Below are positions 40,825-53,404 of a DNA stretch of 64,000 nt, one piece after another. Numbering within the stretch: the stretch's first letter is position 1; each line of letters opens with the position of its first letter. The notes under the pieces are model-generated. The model saw only the letters and a list, made by a program, of their open reading frames with translations, had not been told where the DNA came from and did no database searches. This DNA comes from Setoptus koraiensis (lineage: Eukaryota; Animalia; Arthropoda). The DNA is taken from NCBI GenBank assembly GCA_048013815.1, contig CM106586.1:7440001-7504000 (forward strand), read 5' to 3'. Position numbers and translations under genes: made by a program.

Positions 40825-41150
40825 GCCATATATAGATGTTACTAATTGATTGATATAGTTTCTTTAGATGGGTGTCATTATTATATGTATATTGATGTGA
40901 AAAAGAAACAAAAATTAAAAAAGAAATACATAGAGAAAGGTGATATTTAACTATTTAGAACCATATAAGTTTAGTTAGTTGCCATGGTTACTATACTAAC
41001 GCTCAATCTCCTAAGCAGCCCCGGTGACATTCCAAGTATCTCAAATTCTTACGAAGAATACTTACTAATTTCTCTAAAAAGACATCTAGATGCCACGTTA
41101 AATCAGATCAGCAGTCATCATTGTAATCGATTCTGCGAAAGTGATGCTTC

Positions 41151-43350
41151 ATGGATCTTCACGAAAAAATAGCAGCCGTAGTGCGTATGCTGAATTCTCT
41201 AAATCGTACAAATACCAACAAGATTACTGTTGCAGAATATTATGAATATTCTTGTCAAGAGCTCATGGTCATTTTAGTTGATTTACTTGCCTCAGTGGAC
41301 CCATCTTTCAATCAGCAAGCAGTCAAACATGACATCGCACAGGCAGACCAAGAGATACTTCAGAGTTTATCGATAATAAACTACGAACCTGGTCCGGAAA
41401 TAGTAAGTTCTGACTATTATCTAATAGATAATTCGAATTAATATAGTTTGTCATTTTCAGATTCTGATTTGATCTTTCAATATTTTGCAGAGAGATCACA
41501 TTCTCATCTCAATGAGCATTGAAGAAGCCTTGAGATGCAAGGAGGATATTTATACTGACATTCTCTATTACTTGCTGAATGATCTCGACGATAACAAAGA
41601 AATATTTTATTTGAACGCCTTCACTTCACCGGTCCATATAGCTGACTCAACTCTACAACTTGATAGTGATGTAATAAGTCTGACGAGAGATTTGGAATCC
41701 TATATTAATCAATTTATCGATTTAAGAGCGTATCATCGCAAATTGAAGCAAGAATTTCTCAAGGTGGAAGCAGTCAAGAGAGAGTTTGTCGTGAAGGAGG
41801 AAAAGAAAAATTATCTAGAGAACAGATTGCAGGATATGATAAACAAGTACAACGCGGATCCGAACAAGCGACCCGATCTATTGGCTATTTGCAAGGAAGT
41901 GGCCAGTAAAGAGACAGAAAAACAGAAGCTTATTTCGCAAAACGAACGACATATGAAAGAGATCGAGACCATCAGGCAAGTTATATTTTCTCTGCAATCG
42001 GAGGATCGGGATATGAAAAAACTGTTGAATGACTGTCAACAAATGACCACGGAACGAGAATTGACCATGAAACTTGAATCGGAGATTGACAGACATTTGT
42101 ACCAGATAGAAAAGATATACAAGCCAGAAGTAAATGATCTTGAGAACATACTCGAGGAGATAGTTACTATAGAGACTGAAGGGACGAAATCGGACGGCAA
42201 CAATTTAGATGGAAAACAGCAGTCTGTTATTAGCGATGATGAGCTAGTTAGAAGGATAGAGTTCGTTGAGGACCAAATCGACGCCAGCGAGAGGCAACTT
42301 AAAGATTTAATTAGTGTCAAAGATAAAGAGGATGATGGTATCGAAAATGGAATTTCGAGGAATGGCGAAGAAGAGGACGATAATGTAACTTTGGATGACA
42401 ATGGCACTGAATTGAGTGAAGGCAAGCCGCTAGATGGAGAAAAGGTTAATTTCCATCTGGCCCAACTGATTAGAAGCAAGAATGAGCTCATGAAAGAATT
42501 TCAACATTTATCCAGTGTGTACATCGAAAGCAATGAACAGGTTGAGGCCATTAGAAGGACAAACATGATTAAGATCCCTAAAGGATTTGAGAATCTTGCC
42601 GAATTTTGCGAGCAGCCTATAGAATCTATACTAAAGGCAAGCCGACACAGATATAACCATTGCATGGAGGAGAAAAGGAATGTTGAGTTTAAAATCTTGG
42701 AATTGGAGCAAAAACTTCAGACTCTCGTTGAAAGTTATAGAGATCTGAAAGTGCTCAAGATAGAGCCGCTGGAGAAAAAATATGGAATTGTTGGATATTT
42801 CGACAGAATCGAATCAAGAACAGGACAAGAAAATAACAACGGTGACAGTAGTGGTGGTGTCGATAGTGATCGAGTTATAGACTTAGATATAGATTGCGCA
42901 ATAGATGACAAAGGTGTCGTTGATTGGAATAGTGTTAGTGTCGATATTGACAAAGTGAAGGAAAAAATTGACGAATTGAAGGTTGAAATTGAGAGAAAGA
43001 AGGAGGGCTTCAATTTGACTATTTTGGACAATCTTGAGAAGGAGCACAGATTGTGTCATGCAAACCTAATGAAACTTAAGCAGCCCTACGATGAAGAGAT
43101 GAATCCAATAAAGAATAAATTGTCGGATTTAGAGACAACGAAACAGAAGCTAGATAGTGAGTTAGCTGATTTAAAGAGCGCCATAGAATCCAAAGAGTAT
43201 CTTATAACTATCCTAAAGAACGCATTGGACAACAACAAGAGCAATAACAATTATTTCAATATTGGAAATTTAAACCTGGACAATCTAGAGAAGCAAAAAA
43301 AGATGTGGCTCACCATTGAGACATGGCTCAACTATCTCGACGAAGCCTAG
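41151..43350 (+). CDS. IFT81: Intraflagellar transport protein 81-like, join(41151..41402,41491..43350), about 703 aa
   Basis: Exon 1 has the CH-like LMVILVDLLASVDP...LQSLSIINYEP (cf. IFT81 LLQVLSDVLAEIDP...LSLLGILKYKP). Exon 2 has DIYTDILYYLL...FYLNAF (cf. VIYPVLHWLL...AYLARF), then long coiled coils. Phase-0 88-nt intron ATA|GTAAGT ... TATTTTGCAG|. Confidence 0.75.
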
Positions 43351-46300
43351 TAGGTTTATGGAAATAGTTATAGGAATCTCCATGACAACAATATCTTAGA
43401 TTCGTACGATATCGTACGTCGTGTATAATTATCGCTCAAAGCATTGAACAGTATCACTCAAATGTATATCGTTCAGCGTACAATACACAAGTTGTGTTCA
43501 GATATGAAGATGTGGATAGCGAAGAGACCTGTTCGTAAAATAAGATGTGATATGCCAATGATTTATGATACTAATCATCAATTCTTCGACAACCGATCGA
43601 GCCAGCGAAGAGAATATGATTTCAATAGCCAAGACAACAAGATAAATATACAGTTGTTGTTGACGACAAGAGGGAGAGAAACAGAGAGAACAATCCGGCA
43701 ATAACGATTTCGATCAAGGTCAGACAAACGCAATAAACAAGCTCGGGACATTCATCAAGCTCTTCATTATTCTCCTTTTATTATCTGTCTAACGAGAGCT
43801 CTACTTCTTTCTTTATCTTGTAGCTAGTACCGCTAGTATCATCGAGATGCATCATCAGTGTTAGTCACTGGATCCAGTCTCTGGGTCGTTGGGTGTTTGT
43901 TGTTGGACCGCTACACCACGTCCAACAACAAATAGTGATCTGCTAGTGATCGTGTAGCGGTCGCAATATCTTTCTGTATTTGTTCGCCTTCATTAGCTTC
44001 AAGTTTGTCCGATTGAGGCACTAAATATTGTGTTGGTGTGTTAGCGAGAGGCAAAAGGGCACAGATTAATTATATTATATTGTGAGGGACATCATAAGCA
44101 CAATAAGAGGCTTGCCACAAATAATTCCAGTCGATTTCCAATCCATTCCCATTCACTCGATTCGTGACACTTGGCGCTCAAGTGACGCTGGCCCAGCCAA
44201 GATCACTGATACCAAAGAATCAAAAAAGCGCTCGCTCTGTCTGTCTGTTTGTGTCTCATCTGTTATCTGTTGGATATGTCACGCAATTCACATTCACATA
44301 TAGACAATTTATGATGATTCTGAAGGGCGCCCTGTCTAGGCAGAACATTAAAAATAGAAGAAAACCAGCATATATAGTCATGGGGGATTCATACACTCAA
44401 TTGTGAGCAGATAAGAGAGCATCACTGCTCAATTGTGGACAGGCAACATCAATCATGATTATCTTTGTTTTATTTAGGACAGCAGCACCTAGTGCTCACC
44501 GCGGCCGTTCAGTGGGGCCCGATTGTGTCGATCGATGGCTCGACTTGATGAGCATGGTTGTTCATTGTGTTTGTGGTTGGGTGTTGCGCAAACACAATGG
44601 AGACATTCATTCAAACTGAACAACGACATGCCACAAACATGCAATGCCACAAGATTATTTAAGCCTCGAGGCCCATTCTCCACAGTAGGCAATATTTTCA
44701 CAGTGAACAACAATACCTGCACACCATTGGCAGTGTGGGGCAACTGGGGGTCATCTACCTAGCGACCTTCATATCACCACGGGTCATTTGGTCAGACGAG
44801 AAACGAACAGCGAACCTATTCCAATACTGAACGGTTGAATACCGGTCATAGTATGGTCGTGTAATCTCTCCGACACGCTATATGGCATGAGCATGATTGC
44901 AATTGCAGCTCGCTAATCAGAGCAGATATTACCACTATCAACTTGTCAAATTATCCATATTCTGGTCTATGGTTTTGTTTATTGGCGATTTGGGCCTAGG
45001 CCAGCCAACAACTTCAGTGCTGGCACGCCAACCAAACAACCGAACCCGATTTAAATTTAACCCGATCATTTAATTTCAGCATACATCTCACATTATGCAG
45101 CCAGCAGTCTACGGGTAAATTGGCAATAATGCCCCAGGAAAACATCAACAAATTTACATCTTACTGTCAGCAACATTATTGAATGTAGTTGCGCGATCAT
45201 TGATGGTGCTAATTGTGGCCATTCTACACAGTTCAGTGAGTTGTGATCAATGTTACACCCTTCTGACAGACGTTTGTTATGTCGAAACGGTGATTATTTG
45301 CACAATTTCATGCATATATTGCAGGAGGCCGAAATCAGGCTGCATGAAATTGGGTCGCCGTTTGAGGGTTTCGCAAATATGTATCTACAATATCGTCGCC
45401 TCTAAAAAAATATTTTATCTGGAGCAAATTTTATTTCGAGTGCTGTCTCGCCGGGTGCAATGTGTGGATTTGCATCGAGCGCCATATAGCAGTGTCAGCC
45501 ACAACTATGGTAGACAACTGCAACTATATAGGTGAGCCATCTTACTAACCTGCATCGGAGACAGAGACATATTGCGTGAGATTAGCCACGACTGAGGCAT
45601 GACATAAGCTTCGCAACTGCTACTGCTGTTAGATTACATCGGCGCGCCATCAATCAATTGCCAAGCGACAACACATTACATCACAACAATTGATCACAAC
45701 TTGCGGCCATAACAACACTCACCTATGTGAACCTACAACAGGTGCCGCGACAGCATCTCACCGGCCGGAATCATGTTAAATGCAATTTAAATGCACCAAT
45801 TCGAGGTCGTAAACCTCGAACGAGCGCTTTGTCTCATGTTATTCCGATGTTATTGTGTCTTACGAGCACATTTGTGTATTGCTGGCCCATTGCCCATTAT
45901 ATTGCCCATGTTGGGACTGCCATTTACACTGTATCAAGGGGCCCCTCGCCACAGTGACCGGCCCGTCGCGTCGAGATCATCAGTGACGTTCGGATAGACG
46001 TTCAATCTTTAGAACAACTTTCGCTTGTGCACGCTTTCTCTGGCAAGGTCTCTGCCGACGAGATGCCATCAATCAGTTGAGTTCGAGTAAAAGCAGAGGC
46101 CGATCTAGGCAGAGTAAAGAGGCAATATATTAATTAATTAATTAACAGTCCAATTATAACCGACTGGTCACGATTATTCGTCGATGCAAGAAGAATCGAG
46201 CAAATTGAAACATCAATCTATGAAACCAACAAAAGCAATGTTGCAAGAGTGAGATACAATCGATCGATAGATTGCGAGCGACCCAATTATCTGTTCTGAT

Positions 46301-47438
46301 ACAAGCTTATGCTAACTAGATTGACCATTCAAGACTTGGCGAAATTGCGCCATTGCAAAGTCATGCAACTGGTAATCAATTGGTCACTTGTCGTATTTAT
46401 TGTCGCAATTATCTCATGCGCAAATTGTAGGCAATCAACAGAGCGCACTTGCCCTGTCTTTACTGATAATCCAATCCGAGGCCGCTCTAATTAGACACCG
46501 TTGTGGCTCTCATCAAAGTTACTCGATAAAACAATCACTAGGTGGCGTGTTCGAGCTGAACGGCTGCTCACGGGATTGCCCCGAGCCTCGGGGCCTGAGG
46601 CACCCGATTGGCAGGCGATTTGATGCAAATTGCTGCTCACAAGACCGATCGCAAGACATCTCGACAGACTTTCTCAATGCTAACTGACACTTGCATGTTG
46701 ATTGTGTTCGGCTCGATTGGTTGCTCGAACCAATCAGCATTGTTGCTCATTGTTTGATTGGCATTTGATGCTGGATTGGGCGAAGCTTGCCAATTGCGTC
46801 GAACGCAATTGGCATTTCAACGCTTGAAACAAACAAATTCATCGATAGATGACTGAGTTTTGTCGCTCGTTAGCCTAGAATTGGCAGCCTGTTAGTGGGT
46901 TGTGGGCCCATTTGTAATTTGTGTATATTTGTGTATCTGTTTGCGGGTTCACGAAGCTGCACATTTGTAAAAATGTGCAGATAATAGATAAAGATGTGCA
47001 CGGAAATAACGGCATGCCTGTGCGGATAAAGTGCCGCCAAGATGGCAAGCCGTGCAAAATGAGGCCAACAGACTTTGAGCTTGGTGCGCTCAATATGATA
47101 CAATGGTGGCTTCTTTTTCTTTTGTGCTCGCACTCTGGCCACTTCCTGGTCATTGTTGGTTTGTTGTATTTATACTGCAGTATCATACCATTAGTGTGGG
47201 CTCCAAAGATATGGACACAACCGCGCCAAAAACGGGACACAACCGCGCCACAGACAAACTTGCGCCCACTTAAATCTCTGCTGTTAGCTGTCCGGTTAGC
47301 GGGCCCGGGGTACAGTTACGCCGTCTATGTCTGTCTACAACGAGCACAACACGAGCGACCAAACAACCAAATAAAAGTAAGAATGTAAATTATGTCACAC
47401 AATTGCGGTCGGCGCTTTGGGCCATTTTTTGCCCATTC

Positions 47439-47550
47439 TCTAATCATTGTGTCTATTCGCGTCTAATCATTGTGTCTATTCGCGTCTAATCATTGTGTCT
47501 ATTCGCGTCTGATCGTCGTGTCCATTCTCTAATCGTCGTGTCCATTCACG
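47439..47550 (+). repeat. 23-bp tandem repeat TCTAATCATTGTGTCTATTCGCG, 3 perfect and 2 degenerate copies
   Basis: Perfect copies start at 47439, 47462 and 47485. Confidence 0.92.
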
Positions 47551-49034
47551 TTTAATCGCGACACACAACCGACGTATACAAATTAATCGCTGATGATGGC
47601 GACAAAAAGCGGCCAACAGCGCCGACAGCGCCGCTCTTCGCCTCTCCGGCAAGCTAATGACACTGGGCCCGAATTGGGGCCACGTCGAGTGGAGTGAGCC
47701 GGCCGGCCGGATATTCAATCAGTTGAATGACGGTCGTGTTGGCGAGCTCGAGGCACGACCATGCTTAATTATAAAACAATTCCGCGCTCGCTCTCACTGG
47801 AGTCAATCAATTGATTGATTCCGGCCAAAACTCAACTTTGTGCCCGCTGACGGCCCCTCGCTCGCATAATGTATTCGTGGGCCTCACACTGTGACGCGGC
47901 CTGGGCAGCCAGTGTCGCCATTGGTATTAGCATATATGACAATGAATTGACGTCTCCACTAGCGTCTCTCTTGATTGATAACCACCTAGATGCAAGAATG
48001 CCGAGTCTCCATAAATGATCAGCTTTTCGCTGCAGCTCGCCACCAACAACGACGACAGCGACAACGCCGACGACAGCAACAACAACGACAACCTTAATAT
48101 CATTTCCAGCCAGCCGAGCCTATAAATATGAGATGGGCCCGCGAAAGGAAGCGCCGGCAGAAATAGATTTGCATTCGGCGCGTTCGCTTCTGTTCTGTAT
48201 GGCCAACACGTGCATGCTAAACTTTGTATCGATGCGTTTCGGGCGACACACAGCAGCGACACAAAGCGCACTTCTTTAAAGTGTTTTATCGCTTCTTTGG
48301 GGCACTGCGAGCGAATCCGAACAACGAGACAAGGTGAGTTACGTTTGGCGTTTCTCGCCTTCGACGCCCGCCATGTCGATACCCATCAGTTTGTTGCGCG
48401 CCAGTCGCACAATTGGCCCAGTCTCTTCTCGCCATTGATTTGTCGATCCAGCCCGATCCAGTTAGCATGCCACAAAGGGGCCCTCGCGAAGCTTGCCAGT
48501 CGCAAGCCTTGCTCGCATCTTCTCGGGGCTTCCTGTCAGTCGTTTTATGTTTGCATCTTTTCAGTATTTCGGCTTTATGAGTGGCTTGTCGCGGGCACCG
48601 TCATTTTGTGTTCTTGCAACGCGATTCTTTCTCGGGGCGCCCGCTGTCACTGTGACCCGCGCCGGCTTTGGCGTCCCAATCTCCAGTTGCGGAAAATCAG
48701 GCGCTGACAGAGATCTGGCAATTTGTAGAAAAGTTGTTTTATTGTTTGTGGCACTGGCACACACGCACGCTCGTATATTATCCGCCGACATGTTGATGCG
48801 AGCCCGTTCGAGGCCGCCCGTGCCATGTGGGCCCGCCGGCGCAGACTGGCGGATACTGGCGGATATTTGGTGGAGATTCGACGGATATTTGGCAGAGATT
48901 CGGCGGAGATTGCGGCCGTGCTGATGATCATGATTTACGTTATGCGCACCATGTTTGCTCGCTTGGGTGGGGACCTGGTTCGCAGCTACAAATACAGTTG
49001 TAATTACAACCTACACCCACACTCACTACATACA

Positions 49035-49443
49035 CACAAACATAAAGCGCAGCTGGTCATCGGGGTTTTCTCGTGGCGTTCGAGAATCTCGACTCGAGGG
49101 CTCGCCAAAGAGCAACTTTGTTCTCGTGCGGCCGTCGCGGCAACTAAACTTATGCGAGTTATAAATATCTTGGTGGCACGATGATGCAATGACATCCTAC
49201 ATCGTCTAGGCTGAATGGGGCCCCATAGAGCGCAACACTATAGAGCCTGTCGTCGTGCTGCAATTGTGGGGCCCTGCCAATTGTCGCGATGCTCATTGGT
49301 GGCCGACAGAGTCAGAGTTGTCATAGTGGTGTTGTTTATGGCAACCTCCATCAAGTTGTTTCCTCTGCGAGCCTTTGCAAACTGCAAGCCACCATTATGA
49401 CGGCCACCATAGATGGCCGGCCGAGCACACTGATAAAAATCGC
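49035..49443 (+). repeat. Diverged direct repeat copy R1 (about 410 bp), homologous to 51186..51624
   Basis: Shared collinear blocks: AAGAGCAACTTTGTT, AGTTATAAATATCT, TGTGGGGCCCTGCCAAT, CATTGGTGGC, CAGAGTTGTCAT(A/G)GTGGTGTTGTTTATG, AGTTGTTTCCTCTG, AAGCCACCA, AGCACACTGATAAAAATC. The left boundary is approximate. Confidence 0.88.
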
Positions 49444-49642
49444 CCCTAAAAAGGTTGCTGAGATGAACTCTCAGGCTGCCTGCCGGCCGACCGACAGAGT
49501 GAACACCGACAATGCTCAAAAGTTGCCAATTTTTTTCATTTGCCAATCTATATCCAAGAATAGAGACGAAACACTGTGAAATATAAACGACATGTTTTAC
49601 TCGTCTTGCAAGGATCGTTTATCGATATATTGTTCAACAAAA

Positions 49643-50080
49643 TCATAGCTGTACGCTGTAAAAGCTGCGTAAAGTTGAATCATCTATAATTGATGGATTG
49701 GATTCGCTTGACCATCCCCAATCGGACAGCTTAATGAAATTTTCTATCTTCACTAGAAGCTGTCGCTCATGAGGTGACAGTTTCATTACTTGGCGAGTGC
49801 CATACTTCACGGACATATCTACTATGGCCTCCTCATATTGATCTGCTTGCTTTTTATAATTAGTTAAAACAGATTCAAGTAGAGGCAATCTCTGTAAAAT
49901 GTCCTCAGGTAGAGCACCTTCGTTCGAGCTGCGTTCCTTTAAACTGTCCAATGTCATTGTTACTCGCCTTTCAATGCCATTCAGTCCGCTTCTCAATTTC
50001 CATAGCTCATCTGTGGACATTGCCTGAGCTGCGCATAACAAGCAAGCTACCAAAATGATCTTCAAGCTAAACTCTAACAT
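49643..50080 (-). CDS. Orphan secreted protein A, 145 aa (signal peptide plus Cys-free, helical-looking mature region)
   Basis: Signal peptide MLEFSLKIILVACLLCAAQA|. Clear paralogue of 50492..50920 (shared STDEL, QADxYE, VKYG, KIENF, IDDSTLRS). Upstream TATA box and 5'-UTR intron are conserved between the copies. Confidence 0.85.
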   Translation of the reverse strand: MLEFSLKIILVACLLCAAQAMSTDELWKLRSGLNGIERRVTMTLDSLKERSSNEGALPEDILQRLPLLESVLTNYKKQADQYEEAIVDMSVKYGTRQVMKLSPHERQLLVKIENFIKLSDWGWSSESNPSIIDDSTLRSFYSVQL

Positions 50081-50102
50081 GTCGATTCGCTAACAATCAG
50101 CA

Positions 50103-50189
50103 CTAGTACACTTAAATAATAAATCGTTTTTGGAATAGATGTTCAACCAAATATTGTACTGGCGTGTTGGACAAATTCAGTTGACTCAC
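50103..50189 (-). other. Putative 87-nt 5'-UTR intron of secreted gene A
   Basis: - strand donor G|GTGAGT at 50189 and acceptor TACTAG| at 50103; the homologous intron occurs in gene B. Confidence 0.65.
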
Positions 50190-50256
50190 CGAGCAACGAA
50201 GCTGCTACGAGGATTGAGAGAACATGTTGTCTAGCGACAGCAGACGGAGGGGCCGC

Positions 50257-50264
50257 TATTTATA
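50257..50264 (-). promoter_or_regulatory. TATA box (TATAAATA) of secreted gene A
   Basis: Perfect TATAAATA on the - strand, positionally conserved with 51103..51110. Confidence 0.75.
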
Positions 50265-50491
50265 AACTAGGTAATAGTGCCACTATTATAGTGATTACCT
50301 GACACATACCCACCAACGATAACGACAACGACAAAATGATTTTGCCAAAGTCTGTTCTCGAGAAAATTCAAAAGTTAACGATTTTTTGTTCATTTTTTAT
50401 TTTTACGTTTAGTCAGGAATAGAGATGAAACATTATGAAATATCTCGTTTCCCTCGTTATGCAAGGATCAATCCTTTGTGCAACTAAATCA

Positions 50492-50920
50492 CTACTTTGT
50501 GTTTAAGAGACTGCGCAAAGTTGAATCATCTATAAGTAACGTTTGGGGATCGCCTCCAATTCTCCCATTCGTTTCCTTAACGAAATTTTCTATCTTCTCT
50601 ACAAGCTGCTGCTCATCCGGTGTCAGATTAATTGCTTGGCCATTGTTATTGCCATACTTTACGAACAGCTCTAGTATGGACTGCTCATAGTCATCTGCTT
50701 GCTCATTTAAATTACCCAAAATAGATCCAAGTTTAGGCAAACCCTTTGAAATGTCCCTAGGTAGACTTTTGCGTCCCTCTAAATGTTCCAATGTCCATCC
50801 TGCCTTCAGTTCAATGTTAATGACTGCCATTCTTGTTTCGTTCAGCTCATCCGTGGACACGGCCCTAGCTGCACATAGCAAGCAAGCTACCAAAATGATC
50901 TTAAAGCTAAACTCTAACAT
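50492..50920 (-). CDS. Orphan secreted protein B, 142 aa, tandem paralogue of A
   Basis: Signal peptide MLEFSFKIILVACLLCAARA| is 18/20 identical to A. Mature region is about 42% identical by hand alignment (about 53 of 127 columns), with in-frame indels only. Confidence 0.85.
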   Translation of the reverse strand: MLEFSFKIILVACLLCAARAVSTDELNETRMAVINIELKAGWTLEHLEGRKSLPRDISKGLPKLGSILGNLNEQADDYEQSILELFVKYGNNNGQAINLTPDEQQLVEKIENFVKETNGRIGGDPQTLLIDDSTLRSLLNTK

Positions 50921-50940
50921 GTCGATTCTCTTACAATCAG

Positions 50941-51035
50941 CTGTAGTACACTTAAATAATTAATCGTTTTTGGGATAGATAATTTAGTTCAACCAAATAT
51001 TGTACTGACGTGCTGAATAAATACAGTTCGCTCAC
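50941..51035 (-). other. Putative 95-nt 5'-UTR intron of secreted gene B
   Basis: - strand donor G|GTGAGC at 51035 and acceptor TACTACAG| at 50941. Confidence 0.65.
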
Positions 51036-51102
51036 CAAGCAACAAAGCTGCTACAAGGATTGAGAGGACACGTTGTCAAGCTCCAGCAGACGTAGGGGCT
51101 GC

Positions 51103-51110
51103 TATTTATA
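51103..51110 (-). promoter_or_regulatory. TATA box (TATAAATA) of secreted gene B
   Basis: Same motif and context (GCTATTTATAAACT on +) as gene A. Confidence 0.75.
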
Positions 51111-51185
51111 AACTTGCCAATGGTGGCTCCCTAACGCAACAACAGCCATAACAACAACGATAACAACAACGACATGGATAGAACG

Positions 51186-51624
51186 ACACAAACAAAATGC
51201 TGCATAGGTCATCTTGCCATTGTTGTGGTAGCCGAGAGCATGCCGAAGAGCAACTTTGTTGTTGTGTGGCCAATGTTGCACCAGTTATAAATATCTCACA
51301 ATTGTCAGTGGTACGATCATGTGCATTCTAGATGGCTCCGACAGACAAGAACAGTGAGCCTGCCATTGTGCCATTGTGGCGTTTGTGGGGCCCTGCCAAT
51401 ATTCGTGATACACACTGTCCGGTGGTGTTGATCCGCTTGGCATTGGCGAGTGGCGACTTGGTGATACGATAGGTCATTGGTGGCGGACAGAGACAGAGGG
51501 AGACAGAGTTGTCATGGTGGTGTTGTTTATGATAACTTCTTTCGAGTTGTTTCCTCTGTGGGCCCCTACAAACTGAAAGCCACCACTGTGACAGCCTCTA
51601 TAACAAGCACACTGATAAAAATCC
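51186..51624 (+). repeat. Diverged direct repeat copy R2 (about 440 bp), homologous to 49035..49443
   Basis: Same collinear blocks as R1, with insertions; begins immediately after the duplicated promoter of gene B. Confidence 0.88.
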
Positions 51625-53404
51625 CCGCTCGCTTGCTGTACTGTGTGTACTGTTATACACATAAATATAGGATATACATATATACATGCGCGGATATATA
51701 TACCATGGCTGATATTTAAACAGTTACGATGTCGTCAGTGTAAATGTGCGGTGTATGTAGTATGCAATCATCACCATGGCCTCATTTTGTGTCACTATAT
51801 TGTTGCTTGTATCTTGATAGAAGGCTCCCTCTGTGTGTGTGCATATGTGTGTGTGTACCCAAGCAGCCCAACAAAATTGGCGTCTGAGTGCTCGCGCCAT
51901 CGCCACTGGTGACTAGTTGGGGCCCCATGACGTTACAGCGCGTTGTAGCGTACCCAAAAGTGCCATTGGTTTAGTAGTCGAGTCTGGCTGGATAAAAGGG
52001 CCACACGATGTCATGTGATGTGATATAACTTGCCCTTGTTCAATATGTGTGTGTGTGTGTGCTCAACCACTGATACGAAGTAATTTTTTTTCTTTCCTTT
52101 GCTTCTTTTTTGCGTGCTGCTCTTTTTCGCTTCTTGGCGCTCAGCTGAGCGCCGACGGTGTGATGGCGCCGCCAGCCAACCGTCCCGATCCGCCAATTGC
52201 ACACACACTTGATGGGGCCCGATTTTATAATAAATAATTAATGATAGATGCAGAGAATAAATATAGCCCGGCTGAAGTGATGCGCCAGTTGACTGATGAG
52301 GGCGCCGATGGCTGGAACCTCGGCGAAGCTGCAACAAGACAAGATTCGGTCGCGGACATTGCGTGATTAAGTGAACGCACACACTCGTGGCCTGGCTACT
52401 GTTGATTGATTAAATTTATTTTCCATAATTAATTCACAGTAAATAAAATAATAAAATAGATAAAATCCTATGACACGATCTCTCACAACGCGATCGCTTA
52501 TACATGTAATAATATTATGTAAATGCACGCGCTCCAAACAAAAGTGCAGCTCGCGGCGGCCATTTTTTTAAATCCGCCCTATAAACGTGCAGAATACCCT
52601 GTGCACCCTGTATGCACTGTGCAGTGCAGTGCGCGCCCAACAATCAAACAAGGTGATGCCCCCTCCCAAATCCCATATTTATATTGGATTAAATGGGGCT
52701 CTGCCCCCCCCCCCATGCACGGATTGTGTGATTATTCCCCGTTTCGACTTTCGTTTTAGAGACAATCCCCAAATTACCCAAATTACTCAGATTTTACATC
52801 AGTTCCAGTCGGCCTGTTCCGTGCATGCTGCCCTCTCTGCAGCATCCCCTGAGATTCCGACTAACAATAACCAACAATTGTAAACAACAATATAAACCTT
52901 CACTATTTTGGGTTCGAGCTCGTCTGCTAGAGGGCCGCCGTGGCCCATCTATCAGGCTGACAGTCAGCAAAAGTTTTGCTACAAAACAACAAGTAGTCGT
53001 GTCACAGGCGCAGGTGGCGCCGCGATACAGCGGTACAGACAAAAACACAGTAACACAGACAAAAATGTCCTGGCGGCCAGGCACCAAACTTGCGCCTTCT
53101 CACAATTAAAACCTGTGTGCCACATGGCGCTGCAGAGGCCCCAAATTTCGGACCCCATTCTTGGACAATTCGGGCCAGCTGGTGAAAAGTCGGTCGGTCG
53201 TCCAGTCCGAATTTCGGCGACCAGAGGATTTCGGCGACCAGAGGATTTTGGTGACGAATATTCGGGGGTGCTCTGGCGGCCGCACGAGACTCAGCGAAAG
53301 AGTTGTGATCTTTGCCCGCTTGGGTGCCGCCATCGGCCAGCGAACAAATGGCTGGCAAGCGCGCACTATTCAAATCACATTCGAGCTGCCGGGCTGCCAC
53401 TATC

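Noticed and set aside
41403-41460. Alternative IFT81 splice acceptor at 41460
   Set aside because: Gives ATT CTG ATT TGA, an in-frame stop after 3 codons; the 41490 acceptor keeps the frame.
45405-45545. VWICIERHIAV resembling a GPCR (D/E)RY motif
   Set aside because: The upstream part of that frame has five TGA stops that are explained as shadows of D/E codons in another frame, and there is no consistent 7TM pattern.
49238-49579. ORFs inside repeat R1 (and 51474..51719 in R2) as a paralogous gene pair
   Set aside because: R1/R2 differences fall at all codon positions and include a 10-nt frameshifting indel, so there is no sign of coding constraint.
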